Origin: Bugula neritina
Lineage: Eukaryota > Animalia > Bryozoa
Direction of reading: 5' to 3'
Length of the DNA stretch: 64,000 nucleotides
Assembly (NCBI GenBank): GCA_964035545.1
Contig: OZ037766.1
Location: 23,238,767 to 23,302,766, forward strand
Shown here: positions 17,960 through 32,200 of the stretch, one piece after another
Numbering within the stretch: the first letter of the stretch is position 1
Layout: each line of letters begins with the position of its first letter
Position numbers and translations under genes: made by a program
Notes under the pieces: generated by a model
Told to the model about the DNA's origin: nothing
Database searches by the model: none
The model's input: only the letters and a program-made list of their open reading frames with translations

Positions 17960-19531
17960 ATGGTTAGAAAAAAGAACAGGTATCTTTTGGCTGAAGTACT
18001 GTTTGAAAGTGGTAAAAAAGCACCAAGTAATCTCAATGAACCCAAGTTTTATAAGGAAATTCGTGATGCGTTACAAATAGGGTTTGGAGACTATGGCATG
18101 GGCCTTGTTAAAAAATCTCTAAGTGTAAGCAATTTCTGAGCTATTTCCTAGCATGTGGAGTATAGTCATTGACTGATATATACGGTTAAAGAAACTCAGG
18201 GACTTGGTAGGCTTAGTCAACTTAACTCTGATGCAACAGTCATGTTTTCAACATGGCTGCAGGACATGAAGAATTTTGTTATGAGGTGTATTTTTCTGTC
18301 GGTAATAACCTACATGAAAACAGAATTTTACCTTTAGAAAAACAGCAAATAATGTTCACTTGAATTTAATTCTGGAAGTTTATAATAAAATGGCCTGAAA
18401 ATGTTTCAGGTAATGTCCTAGTTTTTTGACATACCAATAATAAAAATTTCAAAGGTCTCGTAAGAAAGTATAGTCGTTTGCAACGTAATTTTTGAAGAAT
18501 AATAATATACTTTACGGTACAAATTATTCTAAGTCAGGTTCAAGGTATAGCGGTCCTTAAGATTATGGCATTCTGAATTTGATATTTGTGACTGTTGTCA
18601 TTTGCTTGCAAAACTCTTTATAATATACTGCATGATGTGCGAAGTTAGAAGAATTTTAGGCAGACTCCTGTTACTGGCCAGTGGCTACTTTTGTAAGCAT
18701 TTAATCTGTTTCCGCAGTATTTGGAGCATTATGCGGTGCGTGTTTGTCTACAATTGCTAGCAACTTATGTCAGTGAATCATTATGCCCATTGCAGCATAG
18801 TGAGGTATTAAAAAGTTACATTGCTGACTTATTGTTGTGCCATCATTTTTGTAGCATTTCCTGTTTTAGGTTCGTTACTTCATGGAAGATACATGCATGC
18901 TACTGGTCAGAATCCGTAGAGGGGCGGAGTCAATGCTCAGCAATGTGTTTCTGACAGTGAAGTCAGTGTGTGGCGTACCGGTTACCATAGTAACTAAACA
19001 CATTAGTGGCAGTATAAGGTGGGATAATTGCTCCATAAGTAGCTTTGAGTTGGGGGCGAAGAATAATTTTAGTTTGGAGGTTCCAAGTTTGGAGTTAGGT
19101 CCTCAACTCCAAACTTGGGACCCCCCAAACTAAAATTGTCCTTTGCCCCAACTGGGAGCTGCTTATAGAACAATTCAAAGTGAGATACCAGTTTGCATGT
19201 AAATAAGCAGTTTGTTGTATTCTAATGTACATCAAATTATTCACTTATATTTTATGGTTACAGATGTGCCCAGAAATATTGGATCAAGTACAGTAGGCGT
19301 AAGTTAGGCTCGACTCTGCTCTCCATCACAAACCCTGAAGAGAAAACTGCTCTTCGTCACAAATTAGAAGAAATTAATAAAACAGATTTCTCTAACCTTT
19401 TTGATTATAGAACAGACAATTCCTTCCCCAAGGCTAGCAATAAAAGAAACTCTGGCATTAGTAAAACTAAAAATAAAGGTGGTAGCTTTTCCCAAAAAAC
19501 TGGTAAAATGGCTGCCTCTGGTAACTTATAA
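17960..19531 (+). CDS. POP5: RNase P/MRP protein subunit POP5; exons 17960-18124, 18870-19018, 19264-19531
   Basis: MVRKKNRYLLAEV...FGDYGMG...VRY...LLVRIRR...KHISGSIRCAQK resembles POP5 (MVRFKHRYLLCEL...LHVGGTIRTCQK). Confidence 0.88.
19026..19175. repeat. Long imperfect palindrome (MITE-like foldback) in POP5 intron
   Basis: ~70-bp arms, e.g. AATTTTAGTTTGGAGGTTCCAAGTTTGGAGTT / AACTCCAAACTTGGGACCCCCCAAACTAAAATT. Confidence 0.85.
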
Positions 19532-20476
19532 CCAAGATATGTTTGTTGCTGAAATACTAGTTTGTATAGATGCATTTTTATGTGTAATATAGTGAGCTTA
19601 ATAAAAAATAATAAGCAAAAATTAAATATTTTATGTAACATGGCGTGTTCATATTTTTTATTTAAAACATGTGTTTTGCTTCAGTGAATTTATATTGATT
19701 TTGTTTTGCTTGAATATATAATGAAAATGATATGACAGTTATTTTCATTTCATTGTTTTTTTTCTCAATTTCTTGGCTATATAATATACTAGAATTCTAG
19801 CATTAATGTAGGAACACAAGTTAAAAAATATGTACCTGATTTCCTTGAAGCTTAGTTAAGACAAATTATCTTTACTTACTATGTGAACCATAATTTTAGG
19901 AAAACATTTTATGGTTATTATTGCTGCTATAAACATGATTGATTTTTGAATTATGGGTTTATTGCTTCATAACTGCTATATTTTATTATTTAGTTTATAA
20001 TGGTTTACAATTGGCCAATGTACACAACTGTTGAATCAGGTTATAGTGTTTTAACTACTGCTTTAGTATGTAATGCAAGGATTTTCATTAGTTATGGTTG
20101 TGTTCCAACTGCAAGTGACCATATAATAACTCCCATTATAAAGATCTTCAAGTACGTAACGGTCATGCAATACCTGATGAATAACAATTTGAGGCCTTTT
20201 CATTTTATTGTGAAGTTATGCTCTCCTGTCGTGAAACCTTGGTGACCAGTTCGAAGTTTTAGCTAAGCGTTATTGTGGAAGGCTTCAAGGATCACCCGCT
20301 CTAGAACGAAATCTACATTTTTATAGGTCAAAAAACGTCAGAGGTAAATGACAACAAAAGAATGCTGTTGGAAGACTGTGCCTCAACGCTGTTTCCCCTC
20401 TGCTCCTAATGTTGGATAAAGAATTAACTGAAATACATGAGCTATTAACTTGAACTTTTCCTTTTTGTGCGTTAAA

Positions 20477-23400
20477 ATGTGGCGTTATCTATTATTTCAC
20501 CTATTAATTCTCACGTTTGGTAAGTAATTCAGTTTCACTATTCTAATTCAGTGTGAGTGTCAGTTTTCAAGTTCGAGTGACTGAGGTCTGACTCACAGTC
20601 ACTGTCAGTGTGAGTGTCGCACTCACACTGTGAGTGTATATGTGACTTTACATTTTATTTGAGTATTGACTGTCAGTGTCAGTGAGTGTTAGCTTCACAT
20701 TGAAATTGTTATGGTAATAATGATTGTCACCCATTGCCCATCACTCTCACTCTGTTTGTAGATGCTATTACTATTAGTAATAGTAATAGTATTAGTAATA
20801 GTAATAGTATTACTATTACTGTATTAGTATTAGTATTACTATTAGTATTAGTATTCGTATTACTATTAGTATTAGTAGTACTATTAGTATTAGTATTACT
20901 ATTAGTGTTACCATTACTATTGCTATTACTATTAGTATTACTATTAGTATTAGGCCTACTATTAGTATTAGTTATAGTAGATATATACTTATAGTATATT
21001 TGATTTATCATTTCAATTAGTAATACTAATAGGAATACTTATAGTTATACTAATATTAATTACTATTAGTAAATGTAATTACCAGGTAATAACAATGCAA
21101 TGCCAATAAACATAGTGATAGTATAACTAATAGTATCCCGCATATTTGATTTAATAGAATTAACTTAAGGTTTAAATTGAGGTTCAAGGTTGTAGTTCAG
21201 TAATTGTGATTGTCTAATTAAATGTAATATGATAAATATAATAATACTACTAATACTAATAGTATTAGGCCTAGTACTCGCATTCTTCCACTACCAGTAG
21301 TACTACTACTAGTAGTGCTAGTACTAGTAGTGCTCTAGTGTTTATTTTCTGAAAGTGAATAGTTATAAAAATCAGTCAATTACAGGTTGAATTGCCATAT
21401 GCCCATCACCTATAATAATAACTATAATGGCATTTATGTCTATTATATTTATAATCTATACAATTACATTGCTTGTTGATGCATTCGCTTCAGTTTAGGC
21501 ATCGGCCTAAAATCTAGACCTAAATAATAATCATAACAATAATTACAATAATAAGCTTGAACTGTGTCTCAGAATAAACTTAAATATTAAAACTAATAGT
21601 AATAATAATATGCTTTAGCTGTGACTGGGCAGAAATTTAATCTTCGTAGTGGAGTTAAATTTTTGTTGATTGCTAATAATTTATAATAATAGAAATAATA
21701 GTATTACTATTAGCATTAATTATAGTATTATAAATTATCATAGTAATAGCCATTAATCATCACCTGTAAAATTGAATGACAGATCAAGATTGTTATTTCA
21801 TTATTAATAATATTTTATTACTAAGATTTTTGAGTGAGTGGTCAGTGGAGATCTAAGTTTAGGTTTGAGTTCCTGACAGTAGTGGTGATTAATGTGATGT
21901 GTCTGAAAATGTGCATGAAAGACGTGAAAAAATTGTCATAATATATATTCAAGTTAAAATGAAATAAATAGAAAAAACTGATTGTTTGTTGGGACACAAA
22001 ATCAGTTATCAGAGTTAGTGACATTTTTATTTAATTTTACTCATATTCAAACCCCAACCCTCTTTAAAAATTTCCTTCAACGATTTTCATTCTTACAATT
22101 TATTAATATTTTAGGTTTACTGTCATCTAAAGGCAAACCGTATGATCCAATGGTAGCTTTTGTTTGTAACAAGGGTGCCATGCACATGGACCCTACTGTT
22201 GGGTGGAGTGCTGACTCTCATGTTGATTGTCTTGGTACAAAGCAACAGATCTTAGACTACTGTAAATTGATGTATCCTCAGTTAGATGTACAAAACATAG
22301 TGGAGACAACTGAGAGTATGATTATCAAAGGCTGGTGTCCATTGAGAACTCCTAAATGTAGTGAGCCGGACACCTTTAGGGTACAGCCATACAGGTAACT
22401 GTTTACAGTAACATCATTTACTTGCAGAATTGTGTTTGACAAATAGTATTGTCATAATAGCGTTTGTTTTGAGTATTTATTGAAAGTACAAGTATTTTGT
22501 TAAGATGATGCTTTTACTTGTGGCATGTGCTGCAGGTGCTTGACTGGACCATATCAAAGTGACACTTTGGTAGTACCCAACAAGTGTCACTTCTCGTATC
22601 TCCATGACAACAGCACCTGTGCTGGTCCTGAAGTCTGGAAAAAGAAAGCTATGACTCATTGTTCCACTAAATATGACATGTTGCTAGAGGATTATGGGAT
22701 GCTGGCTCCTTGTGGCATAGATAAGTTCATTGGGGCAGATTTTGTGTGCTGTCCTTCAGGTATGTCAAAGATCGAGATATATTTGTCTATCAATATACAC
22801 TTATTTTTTCTTTCTTGTCCATGACTTTTCCCCTTTCTGTTATACTACTATTTATTTATATTCTCTAGATTTCTGTCCGTTGGCTCTTTTTGTACCTCTA
22901 CGTTACCGCTTCGATTCTCCTACCTCAATATATTTTCTCATGCGCTCATTCGCTTATATTTTCAGGAGTAAGCAACTCTGACCTCTCTACTCCTGCAGCG
23001 CCGCTTGAGAACCCTAAGATTAGGGTCAAGGTCACATACTCAAACAATATCACTGATCAGGGACAAGCTAATGAAGATGTTGTTGACGAATATATAAAAT
23101 TGAAAATGAATGCTGGCGTGTACGAGAATGAGCATGAAATATACAAATTAGCCAAAGAGAAGCTTGAGGAGGTAAATTTTATGTTGTATGTTGACAAAAT
23201 TTTCTACCTAGTAATACATTAGGCCATAATAGTTCATCTCATGAATTTATTACTTTTTGGATCAAGGCTTACAGAATTGTACAGCATATATTGGGCAGTA
23301 TTGAAAATCTCATGAGTATTACTACTTCTACCGATAGGCTAATACTGTGTGTTATTTTGACATTTTGATCTCAGCTTGGCATTTCAGCGTGCATTCAGTC

Positions 23401-26400
23401 CATAGTAGATATAATGCATGGCCTGCTGGCAACTAAGGTTGTCACTAACTGCTATCTTAACATACCACATGTGTTTCCTGTTTATACAACTCTATTTATG
23501 GACATGCTATACCAGTATGTACTGTTTAAAGTAGAACACTAACTCTTTACAATCTAGTTACCCGCTATGTGATGTTCCATGCCGAACCAACTCAAACTAC
23601 CTCAGATAGTTGGCTGTAAACAGAATATATCATTGTTAGGTTTTACTTGGGAAAGCCAGGCAATCTTAAATTAAGCAAAATTGCTAAGACTTTTGTGAAA
23701 ACGAGTTTTTCTTTCAAAATTATCTAGACTGTAACTTGCAATGTTAAATCAAATCAGCTTTTAAATTTGTTGCCAATTTTAGAATACATGTAATAGTTGT
23801 TTTTGAGTAACATCAAATGTTAAAAGGCACAGCATCAGTTTTGTAGCATTAGCTTGGCTATGGGAAAGTAGCAGGTTGCAACTAAAAATAAATCTAAAAA
23901 GAAAATATCCACCTGATCTTTAACTGTACCTTCCACAGCCGATAAATATTATGATAATCCACACTTTGCACTCTGTACTTTTTCCTAACAATATTCCAAT
24001 AATTAAATATCACATGCAAGACAAACACATCTCTAATTGATTGAACTTTGAGATTTCTTATCCCATACTCAATAATTGTACTGGATGCTGTAGCTAAATG
24101 CACAGGAGATAATAAAATGTTTTATTGATGACTGATACTTTAGCCCTTAGGGGATCCGTCCATCAAGCATGCAATTCATATTACATATTTGTGTTCAGTT
24201 ACATGTGCGTTTTATACAACATGATGACAATGGTATCCATTACATGGTCTCATTTCTTTATAAACAGTTATATATAGCATATGTTACATTGATGTCAGTG
24301 CCTCCAGTGTATACAATTACTATGTATGCTTTGAGCATGTTAACATACTATTAGTGATAACAGTATAATATAACATTGTGCGTAATATACTGTTGCCACT
24401 AATACTACACTATTTTACTCTTATAAATAATAAAAAAGTATTCATGTCCTTTTCTATATTAATTTTCAACTACTTTTAACACTTGTTTCTCATGATCTCT
24501 ATTCACACTCATTATATGTGTTAGGTTAATGCAGTAGCTATACTTTTTGCTTGCCTTGTCATGATGAGAAGTGAATCAATTTAGATTAGGAAAATATAAA
24601 GAGTGTATTACTAAACACGGGTGGGTAAGAGGGTGGCTCGACCTTTCATTTAGCGTCCCAGTGCAGTAAACATTGGAATCTGTGACTGATATATTATATG
24701 ATTTGCAGGATGAAGATACCACAGCCTCCATTCAAACTAACCAACAGGAACTGGTTAGATTAGACTCGTTACATCAGCAGCACGTGCAGACAAATCTAAA
24801 CGCTAAAAAGAGATTGAATATGCAGAAACTAACTGGTGAACTAAGATCTGAAGTGTATAATGTAAGTAGTGGTTGCTCGGGTGGTTCTAAATGTGGTGCC
24901 TACCACTATGGTTTTAGCCATTGATTACCATGGTACCCTTTTAGTAATGGTGTTTCCCTGATATTCAGGCATTTTGCTATGTTAAACATTTAATATAAGC
25001 TGATGAATATACAGCATTTATAGATATTATAATCATAACTCAATAGAATATTATGCGATTTAGTACAACTTAGTCCTCTAGTACTATATAGTGATTTAGT
25101 ACAACTTAGTCCTCTAGTACTATATAGTGATTTAGTACAACTTAGTCCTCTAGTACTATATAGTGTTTTAGTACAACTTAGTCCTCTAGTACTATATAGT
25201 GATTTAGTACAACTTAGTCCTCTAGTACTATATAGTGATTTAGTACAACTTAGTCCTCTAGTACTATATAGTGATTTAGTACAACTTAGTCCTCTAGTAC
25301 TATATAGTGATTTAGTACAACGGGTTGGCTAAATGACAACCCTTGCCAGCTATAGTAATTGTTAAGGATATGAGGCTGTGTATTGAAGGCTGAGCGCATC
25401 ACTCACTTCCTCCAACTGTACATAAAGGCCGAGGAGAAAGATGCACACCACTGTCTCCAGCATTACATGAACATCAGGGGTCACGACCTCTCTGCTGCCC
25501 AAAGTATACTCGACGCTACGATAGAGCACATAACTCTTATAAGGTTTGATTCTAAACAATATTTTATGTTTCAGTTAAATGAAATTCACGTAGGTTTATA
25601 GTTGCCATCCTTGTGAGAACCCCTGATGGAAAGGGTTTTTTAAGCAGGCTAAGGACTTTTTCTCTATTGTGTGAAAATATATTAGCTATTATTGTAAATA
25701 AGCACTACTAGTCAACGTTGTGATAAGATCTTCACGGCAAAGTAATGCCATTCGTTATTGTTGATAATATTCTTGTTTAGTCTGAGAATCAATCAGAGTA
25801 TTGATCTGCTCGACACTATAAAGGATGAGAGAGTAAGGGTCAAGGTTACTACCAGTGTCAGAAGTTGGCTAGTATCTGCATTCCCACCCCTACATGGAAC
25901 TATAACTCAACTGATAACATACGTAAGTGTTGTAACAGTTTTTAGGGGCGGTATTTATTGAATTTATCAAAATATTCCTAAGTTGACATAGAAACTCTAC
26001 TAGGTTGTATAGTGTTGAAAAATGTATCACTAGCATATTTTGATTTTAGAAGACGGAGTCTATTATCACCGAGTCCACCAAATCTCCTTCTATTCAATCA
26101 ACGCACCTGAATTCTAATATGTATAAACACTTCGCTAACAAACTTAGTAAAACAGGTAACTGTTTATTGTATGATAGATGTAAGATTGTATATATGTTTA
26201 TGTAAAACTATACTCTATAGCATTGGGGAAGTTCAAAATACTTTTTCTATTATGCCTTTTTCAACTGTGCATGTAGATCAACTTGTTTCAATACTTTTAC
26301 CTATATGTTTTGCTTTAGCTTTCATTATTGGAGAAAACAACCAGCTTTCCAAGAAAGAGTTCGTGAGTGTTACAGAAAAGGTAATTTCTATTTCAGATAT

Positions 26401-28120
26401 AAAATAAAACTGATGAAAAACAGATGATAAATTAGCGCTATATTTAATTACCTGGTGACTAAAATTAGTGTTAGCATTTTAAGATTCCCCTTTGTGGACT
26501 CTGTTTTACTAATACCACATACTAGTGTGTACAGGATACAGGCACAGATATGTGTTTGTAACACTGCACACTATATAGCAGAAATAACGAATACCTTTGA
26601 AGCCGCCATTTGTTAGGCATCATGCAGATTTTATCTATTCCAGTCTTTATCTATATTTTTAAGTAATATAAACTGAGTTAAAGCTTTTGGAAGTATTATA
26701 CCTTCTTAGTATGAAATGAGGTTTAGCTGCAATAGCATAAAAATGCAATAGCCTAAGTTATGTAGTTGCCTTTATGAATTTTGATTTGGGCTGTTGGTTG
26801 AAAATCTTGTAAGAACACAACATTTTTTTAATATTTCTCATCCTGAACACAGGTTTCATCAAATATCTCCCAAACTTCACCTGCCTCAATAACCCAGTCA
26901 AAATGATAGCAATATTATCAATCTGCAGAATGGTTACATTTTCATACATTTCACATGCCAGCAGCTTATTTTGATTAACCCTTTGGAAACTGTGGGTTTT
27001 ATTAGTTGTGGTACAAATTACCAGTAGAGGAAACTTCCTCGCATTCACTGAGACTCTCTGAAACATATCTTAGACACCAAGCTATACCCACTGTATTGAT
27101 CAGTTGTAAAATATGTATTTCATATTTATTTGTTTAATAATAGTCGACACAACCTACAGGCACAAATAAGCAGCATCTCAACAGCATTTCAGTGGATGAG
27201 AAAGACTTCAGTCTTTTGGTTTTAAGTAAGTTCACCATCTTCTCAGCATAATATTTAGATACAATGCAATTGTGGTACACCTGTCATCTAATGTAATACC
27301 TTATAATATGGAAAACTCTATCATATTTAAGTTGGGAAATTAAGCATATTATTTACCCTACAAAGTAGTTGTCAACAATTTGCTGAATATCATTGGTGAG
27401 ACAATATAATATGTCTGCAGTTACAGTCGTGGCGGTCCTGTTGATCCTCCTGGTACCCGCTGCATGCTGTTGTTACGCTAGACGACGCAAAATGCGACAT
27501 TTTCAAGGACATCGCAGGTTGAAGAATATGTATCTAGCAGTTTCCGAGCAGACCGCTAAACTATCACCCGAAGACAGGCATATAGTGGCGATGCAGGTGA
27601 GAGAGGCAACAAGTTGCACATGCACACTGTTGGTGACATCACTGCTCGACAGTATTGGAACATACATAAGTGATTAAGCTTATAACTCTCACGAAAGTTT
27701 ATAATCGCCTTCCCTGTGAGAGACTCCTTGTGAAAAGGTTTTTTCGTTGAATCGTTAAACATTAGTTGCTTATTCTACTGAAAAGTAAGTTACTGTGGAT
27801 ATAGCACATGAAAATGCTGTTGAGAGATATTTGTGAAAAAATTAAAATTTAATTTATTTGACTTTTCAGTTGCATGTTCTTTAATAGTTGTTGCATTTAT
27901 CGACAGTAACTTTTAATTGTATTTTGATCGATGTTGGCTTCAAACTGATTTACATAAATAAAAACCTTGAAAAATGTTGGAATATACAGAGAATATAATA
28001 ATTCTATAAATCTATGATAACATTTTCATGTTATTTAATTATAATTTTTCGTTATTATAGAACGGATATGAAAATCCGACATATAAACTCTTGGAAGAGA
28101 AGAAGATTGGAGATTACTAA
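20477..28120 (+). CDS. APP: Amyloid precursor protein-like (APP/APPL family); ~11 exons
   Basis: Signal-peptide exon MWRYLLFHLLILTFG (20477-20519); E1 domain (ILDYCKLMYPQLDVQNIVE, DYGMLAPCGIDKFIGADFVCCP); E2 (ENEHEIYKLAKEKLE, AEEKDAHHCLQHY); TM ~27421-27480; C-terminal PEDRHIVAMQ|NGYENPTYK. Confidence 0.95.
25057..25321. repeat. Intronic 36-bp minisatellite x~7.3 (GATTTAGTACAACTTAGTCCTCTAGTACTATATAGT)
   Basis: Near-perfect tandem copies. Confidence 0.95.
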
Positions 28121-28964
28121 ATTACAGCACAGAGTGTAGTAAAATTACTTTTATATAGTGTAAAATCATCAATTTGTAGTATTACTGAACTAAACATTTA
28201 TATTTATAATGTACTTCACATTTCATACACTGTACTAATTGTATAAGCTTCACTGTAAGGAAAAGAATTGAATCTCTGAAAGACTTTTTTTCAATACAAG
28301 TGATGATAGTCTAGGTTCATATGCAAGTAGCTATATGCATGCACTAACTCAGTTTGTTGGATTATAATGTTGACTTATTGCTGAATGTGCAATTTGTTTT
28401 ATTAGTTTCCCCATTTACTCCGAGATCTTAAGTCTAGAGCAATCTGGAAAATACCTTCTTAAAAACTAGTAATAATTCAAGGCATTGGGTGTAGTCAATT
28501 ACTTTTTGAACTAGCCTGAAACAGAAACTTGAAACGGTGGTCATAGAAAGTTGACATTTTTGAACCCCCCAAGACAATTTACAACTTCTATCCTTTGATT
28601 TTCATTGCTTGTATGATTGTAAATCTATCAGCTGTAAATTGTGAGGAAGCCTAATTTCCCTTACAATGTAGTTCAACAGTAGAGCTTTTCTTTACCTGTG
28701 TGTAGTGTAGTTATATTATTGTTATCAGAGATATATATTAAGCTAGTATGTTTAACGAGGATAGGTGTTCTTTTAATATAACTTGAATATTTTTCCAGGC
28801 ATTAACACTTGTCTCTTTCATATCCATGTTAGATCTTTTACTATTCTTTACAATCTATTTTTAACACCCACCAAATATTTTGGATATTGTTGTATTTTTA
28901 TTTTAGGATTAGAAATAAAATTTGTGTTCAACATGTAATACTATCTTTTAAAATAGCACACTGT

Positions 28965-29070
28965 CCCAGCTGTTTGCAGTGGACAGGAGCACTTGTCTAA
29001 CATGACAGCCATTGTGCTAGGCCGGTGGTTCAAATTTTGCAAAGGTCATATACTGTTGAAATTTTTCCAG
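28965..29070 (+). mobile_element. Degenerate tRNA-related SINE head
   Basis: GCAGTGG A-box-like and GGTTCAAATT B-box-like motifs with tRNA-like spacing. Confidence 0.3.
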
Positions 29071-29292
29071 CAATGTTGACAGAATAGCTGAAGACGAAAA
29101 ACAGACTTTAAACAAGTGTTAATGAGTATACTGTGTCTGCAAGGTATATATCTGTTATTTCAAGGGTGCACCTGCTACAGTATTGCTGCAAGTGTCAACG
29201 ACATGTCAGTGCTGGCTATTATGTCACATGCTACAAAAGTTGAACACCTGTTGACATGTGCTACGAAGTCAACTGATTACACTAGGAGTTGT

Positions 29293-32200
29293 TCAACTAG
29301 GCTGTATTTCCTCGCATCTTAAGATCTCTTCATATTTAGTCTTTAGACTTTCCCAGGAATACTGACCAACATTCATCTAAAATATAATTTAAGTAATAAA
29401 ATATAAAAGCTTAACTTGATTGCATTTCAAAGCATAAGGGGTCAAAACTATTAGAAACACATGTACCTTTAGCAGTTGTGATTTATGAGGATATCTACAG
29501 AAATAGCGCAACTTCTTTGCCAACTGAGCACTTGTGTTGTACAAGCATTCATCTGCAAATAAAAAAATGAAATAGGCATTAGTATGAGTTATCGCTTCTC
29601 TCTAATCATGATCAGCAATGATTTGGAAGATTTCAGTGCTTTACCTCTAGAGCTAAAAACTGACATGAGAATTGTAAGGGTGTATTCAGCAGAGCGTAGT
29701 TTGTTTTCAACACCTTATTTCAGTGTCTTACTTAGAAGGCAAACAAGGGTACCTAACGTAACACTAAATACAACTGCTACCTGGAAATAACTCTGGATAA
29801 ACAAGTCGGTTTGGTGCTATAGGGTAACATCCCAGATGAACAGCTTCCAACCTGCAATTAGAAGATTAATTGCGTCTTTTCAAGGTTGAAAATCGAAAAA
29901 TATTTATTAAGAATTATCACCAGAATGACAGCCATTAAAGTAACAGTTAATTCTTGGTACAAAAAACATTTAAGGGCATTCCAAAACAAAATTTTGAAGT
30001 AATACAAATTTAATTACCAATAAAACCGAGATATTGCCTTGCATGTTCGCTGGCAAAAAGTTGTCTAATATATACAATTTCAAATAGAGCATTACGTACA
30101 AGACTATTTGAATAAAGTTAATGCATACATACATGGCCACTCCAAAGAACTCGTGTATTGCCGTTGATACAACAACATGGCAACTAGCCAGAGTTCTGTA
30201 ATAATCTTCTTTACTTTCTTGATAACCCCAGGCTACAATGTTTGTTGATAGGCGTTCTTTCATCTTTTGAAATATTTCTAAATAAAATATAGACAGTGAG
30301 TGCCGGTTTATTTATATTAGGATACGATTGATTCAAGTTTAATATTTCATGTAGTTAACTATGTATTAGTATAAATGTCAGCAATATGTAACTACCTGGT
30401 ACAGTCTCAAAGGTCTCTCCTAAAACAGACAGTCTAAATGGTAAATTCTCTCTTTTCAGTTCTTCTATCACACTAAAGAAAGTTTCAGGATCTTTATCAT
30501 GTTCCCTGCAAAGAAAATTATAGAATGCACAAGGTTTACACTTTTTTAGCTACCTCAATTAAAGTTACAACTTTGAGAGTTGTCTTCTCATTTAGTTTAT
30601 AATTCCAACAGTTGCTTTTTCTAGTTGAGGATTTACAATAAAAATATAGCCATTCAGCTAGCGATGAATATATCCAAATGAGGATATTTATTATTATATT
30701 TAACTAGTTACTTAAATAATAAATCAATTTTTGTTTTGTAGACTTGACTAATGTGTAATACTAAATATTAAATTACGCATTATAACTAACTTTGAAATTA
30801 CAATTTATTCAGGAGGTATCAAAATACTGAGCGTCATCGTCACACTAAAGCTTTACCACAAAAAATTACAATTGTCCAAATATTTTCTGCATATTCGTTG
30901 CATACATGTCTAAATTATCATATCATGAGATATTTCACTAACCATCTATGAGGCCATAATATATGAAGGATGGAGTCATCTTTAAGAGTGACGTATGAGT
31001 TTAAAGATGGCAGATTCACCGCGTAGTAGAGTACCTCACATTTAGTTCTAATCTCACCAACTATCTTTCCGCCATCTGGCCTCGAGTCAGGAATTATTTT
31101 CAAGAACTTTGGAATAGACTCGAGAAAGGACTTAAGATTATATTCGGAATTGAACAGCACAACATCTGCTACTAGACTACAATTAGGCAATACAATAGAT
31201 TGTTACAAAATGACACTTGCATTAAGTTAATCAAATTGAATATTTAAAAACAAAATAATGTCATCAGCTAATTAAATTTAGAAAATGTTTACCAACCAAA
31301 CACCACATTGCATTCAAGAGATATGAAACTGTACCCTGGTATTCATAATCACATAAATACATTGCACTCCAATCATACCAACAACTGATGCAATTATAAT
31401 TTTTATTCCCAATGTAAATATTACTTACGTAACTATTACAAATTTCCTAGCTGTCAACATAATAAAAGTCTAATGGCACCTATTCTTTTCACTACTAAAA
31501 CTAGATCATATCTGCTTTTTATAGGTTAAAATTTAATTTAAGTGATTGCAAACCTATGCTCTCAATAAAGCTTAATGATCAGTTAATAACCTGACTTGTC
31601 AAAATCGACATTTGAAAGCCATTCCATAGATGAGGAATGGCTTTAACAACTATTGATGATATTTTAATGAAAAGATGCCATCTGTGTAAAACATTAAAAA
31701 AAGTACAGCTGACCATAGCAATACATGTATTGAGATGACAATCAAAATATCCCTATTTATAGAATTGATGTTTACCCAGAAACTAAATTTTGTCCTTTGC
31801 TTACTAAAAAAAATTGCCAAAAAATGTATACTCTTTTTGAAAATGTCCCAATGTGGACATGTCTTTAGTTTTCTACTTGCTATTACATACCAAGAAAGTA
31901 TCTGATTGTAACCATATTGAAAGTCTCTGTTTTGGTCTTTTCTCACTGGATACTGTAGCTGGTTTTCATGAAAGTACAATATTTTTCTACAAGGTACTAA
32001 AAGTGGAACTAAGGCTACCAATTCAGCCAAATTTAACACAGAGCTTGAGAACACAGTTTTCACCGACTTGACATCTATGTTTCTTTCATTTACCTACAAC
32101 GTAACAGTAAGCTTACAGAGAATGACAATGAGTGAAAAACAATTGCAAAATAGAAACAATTGCAGAAAGAAATAATCTGCTACTACTCGTTAACGACAAT

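Noticed and set aside
20727-21011. Opposed poly-LV and poly-NT ORFs
   Set aside because: Arise from (TAGTAT/TACTAT)n low-complexity sequence in APP intron 1.
25057-25321. 36-bp repeats as a CRISPR array
   Set aside because: Head-to-tail copies without spacers, in a eukaryotic intron.
25617-25640. CTGATGGAAA as a hammerhead core
   Set aside because: No stem II or cleavage-site context.
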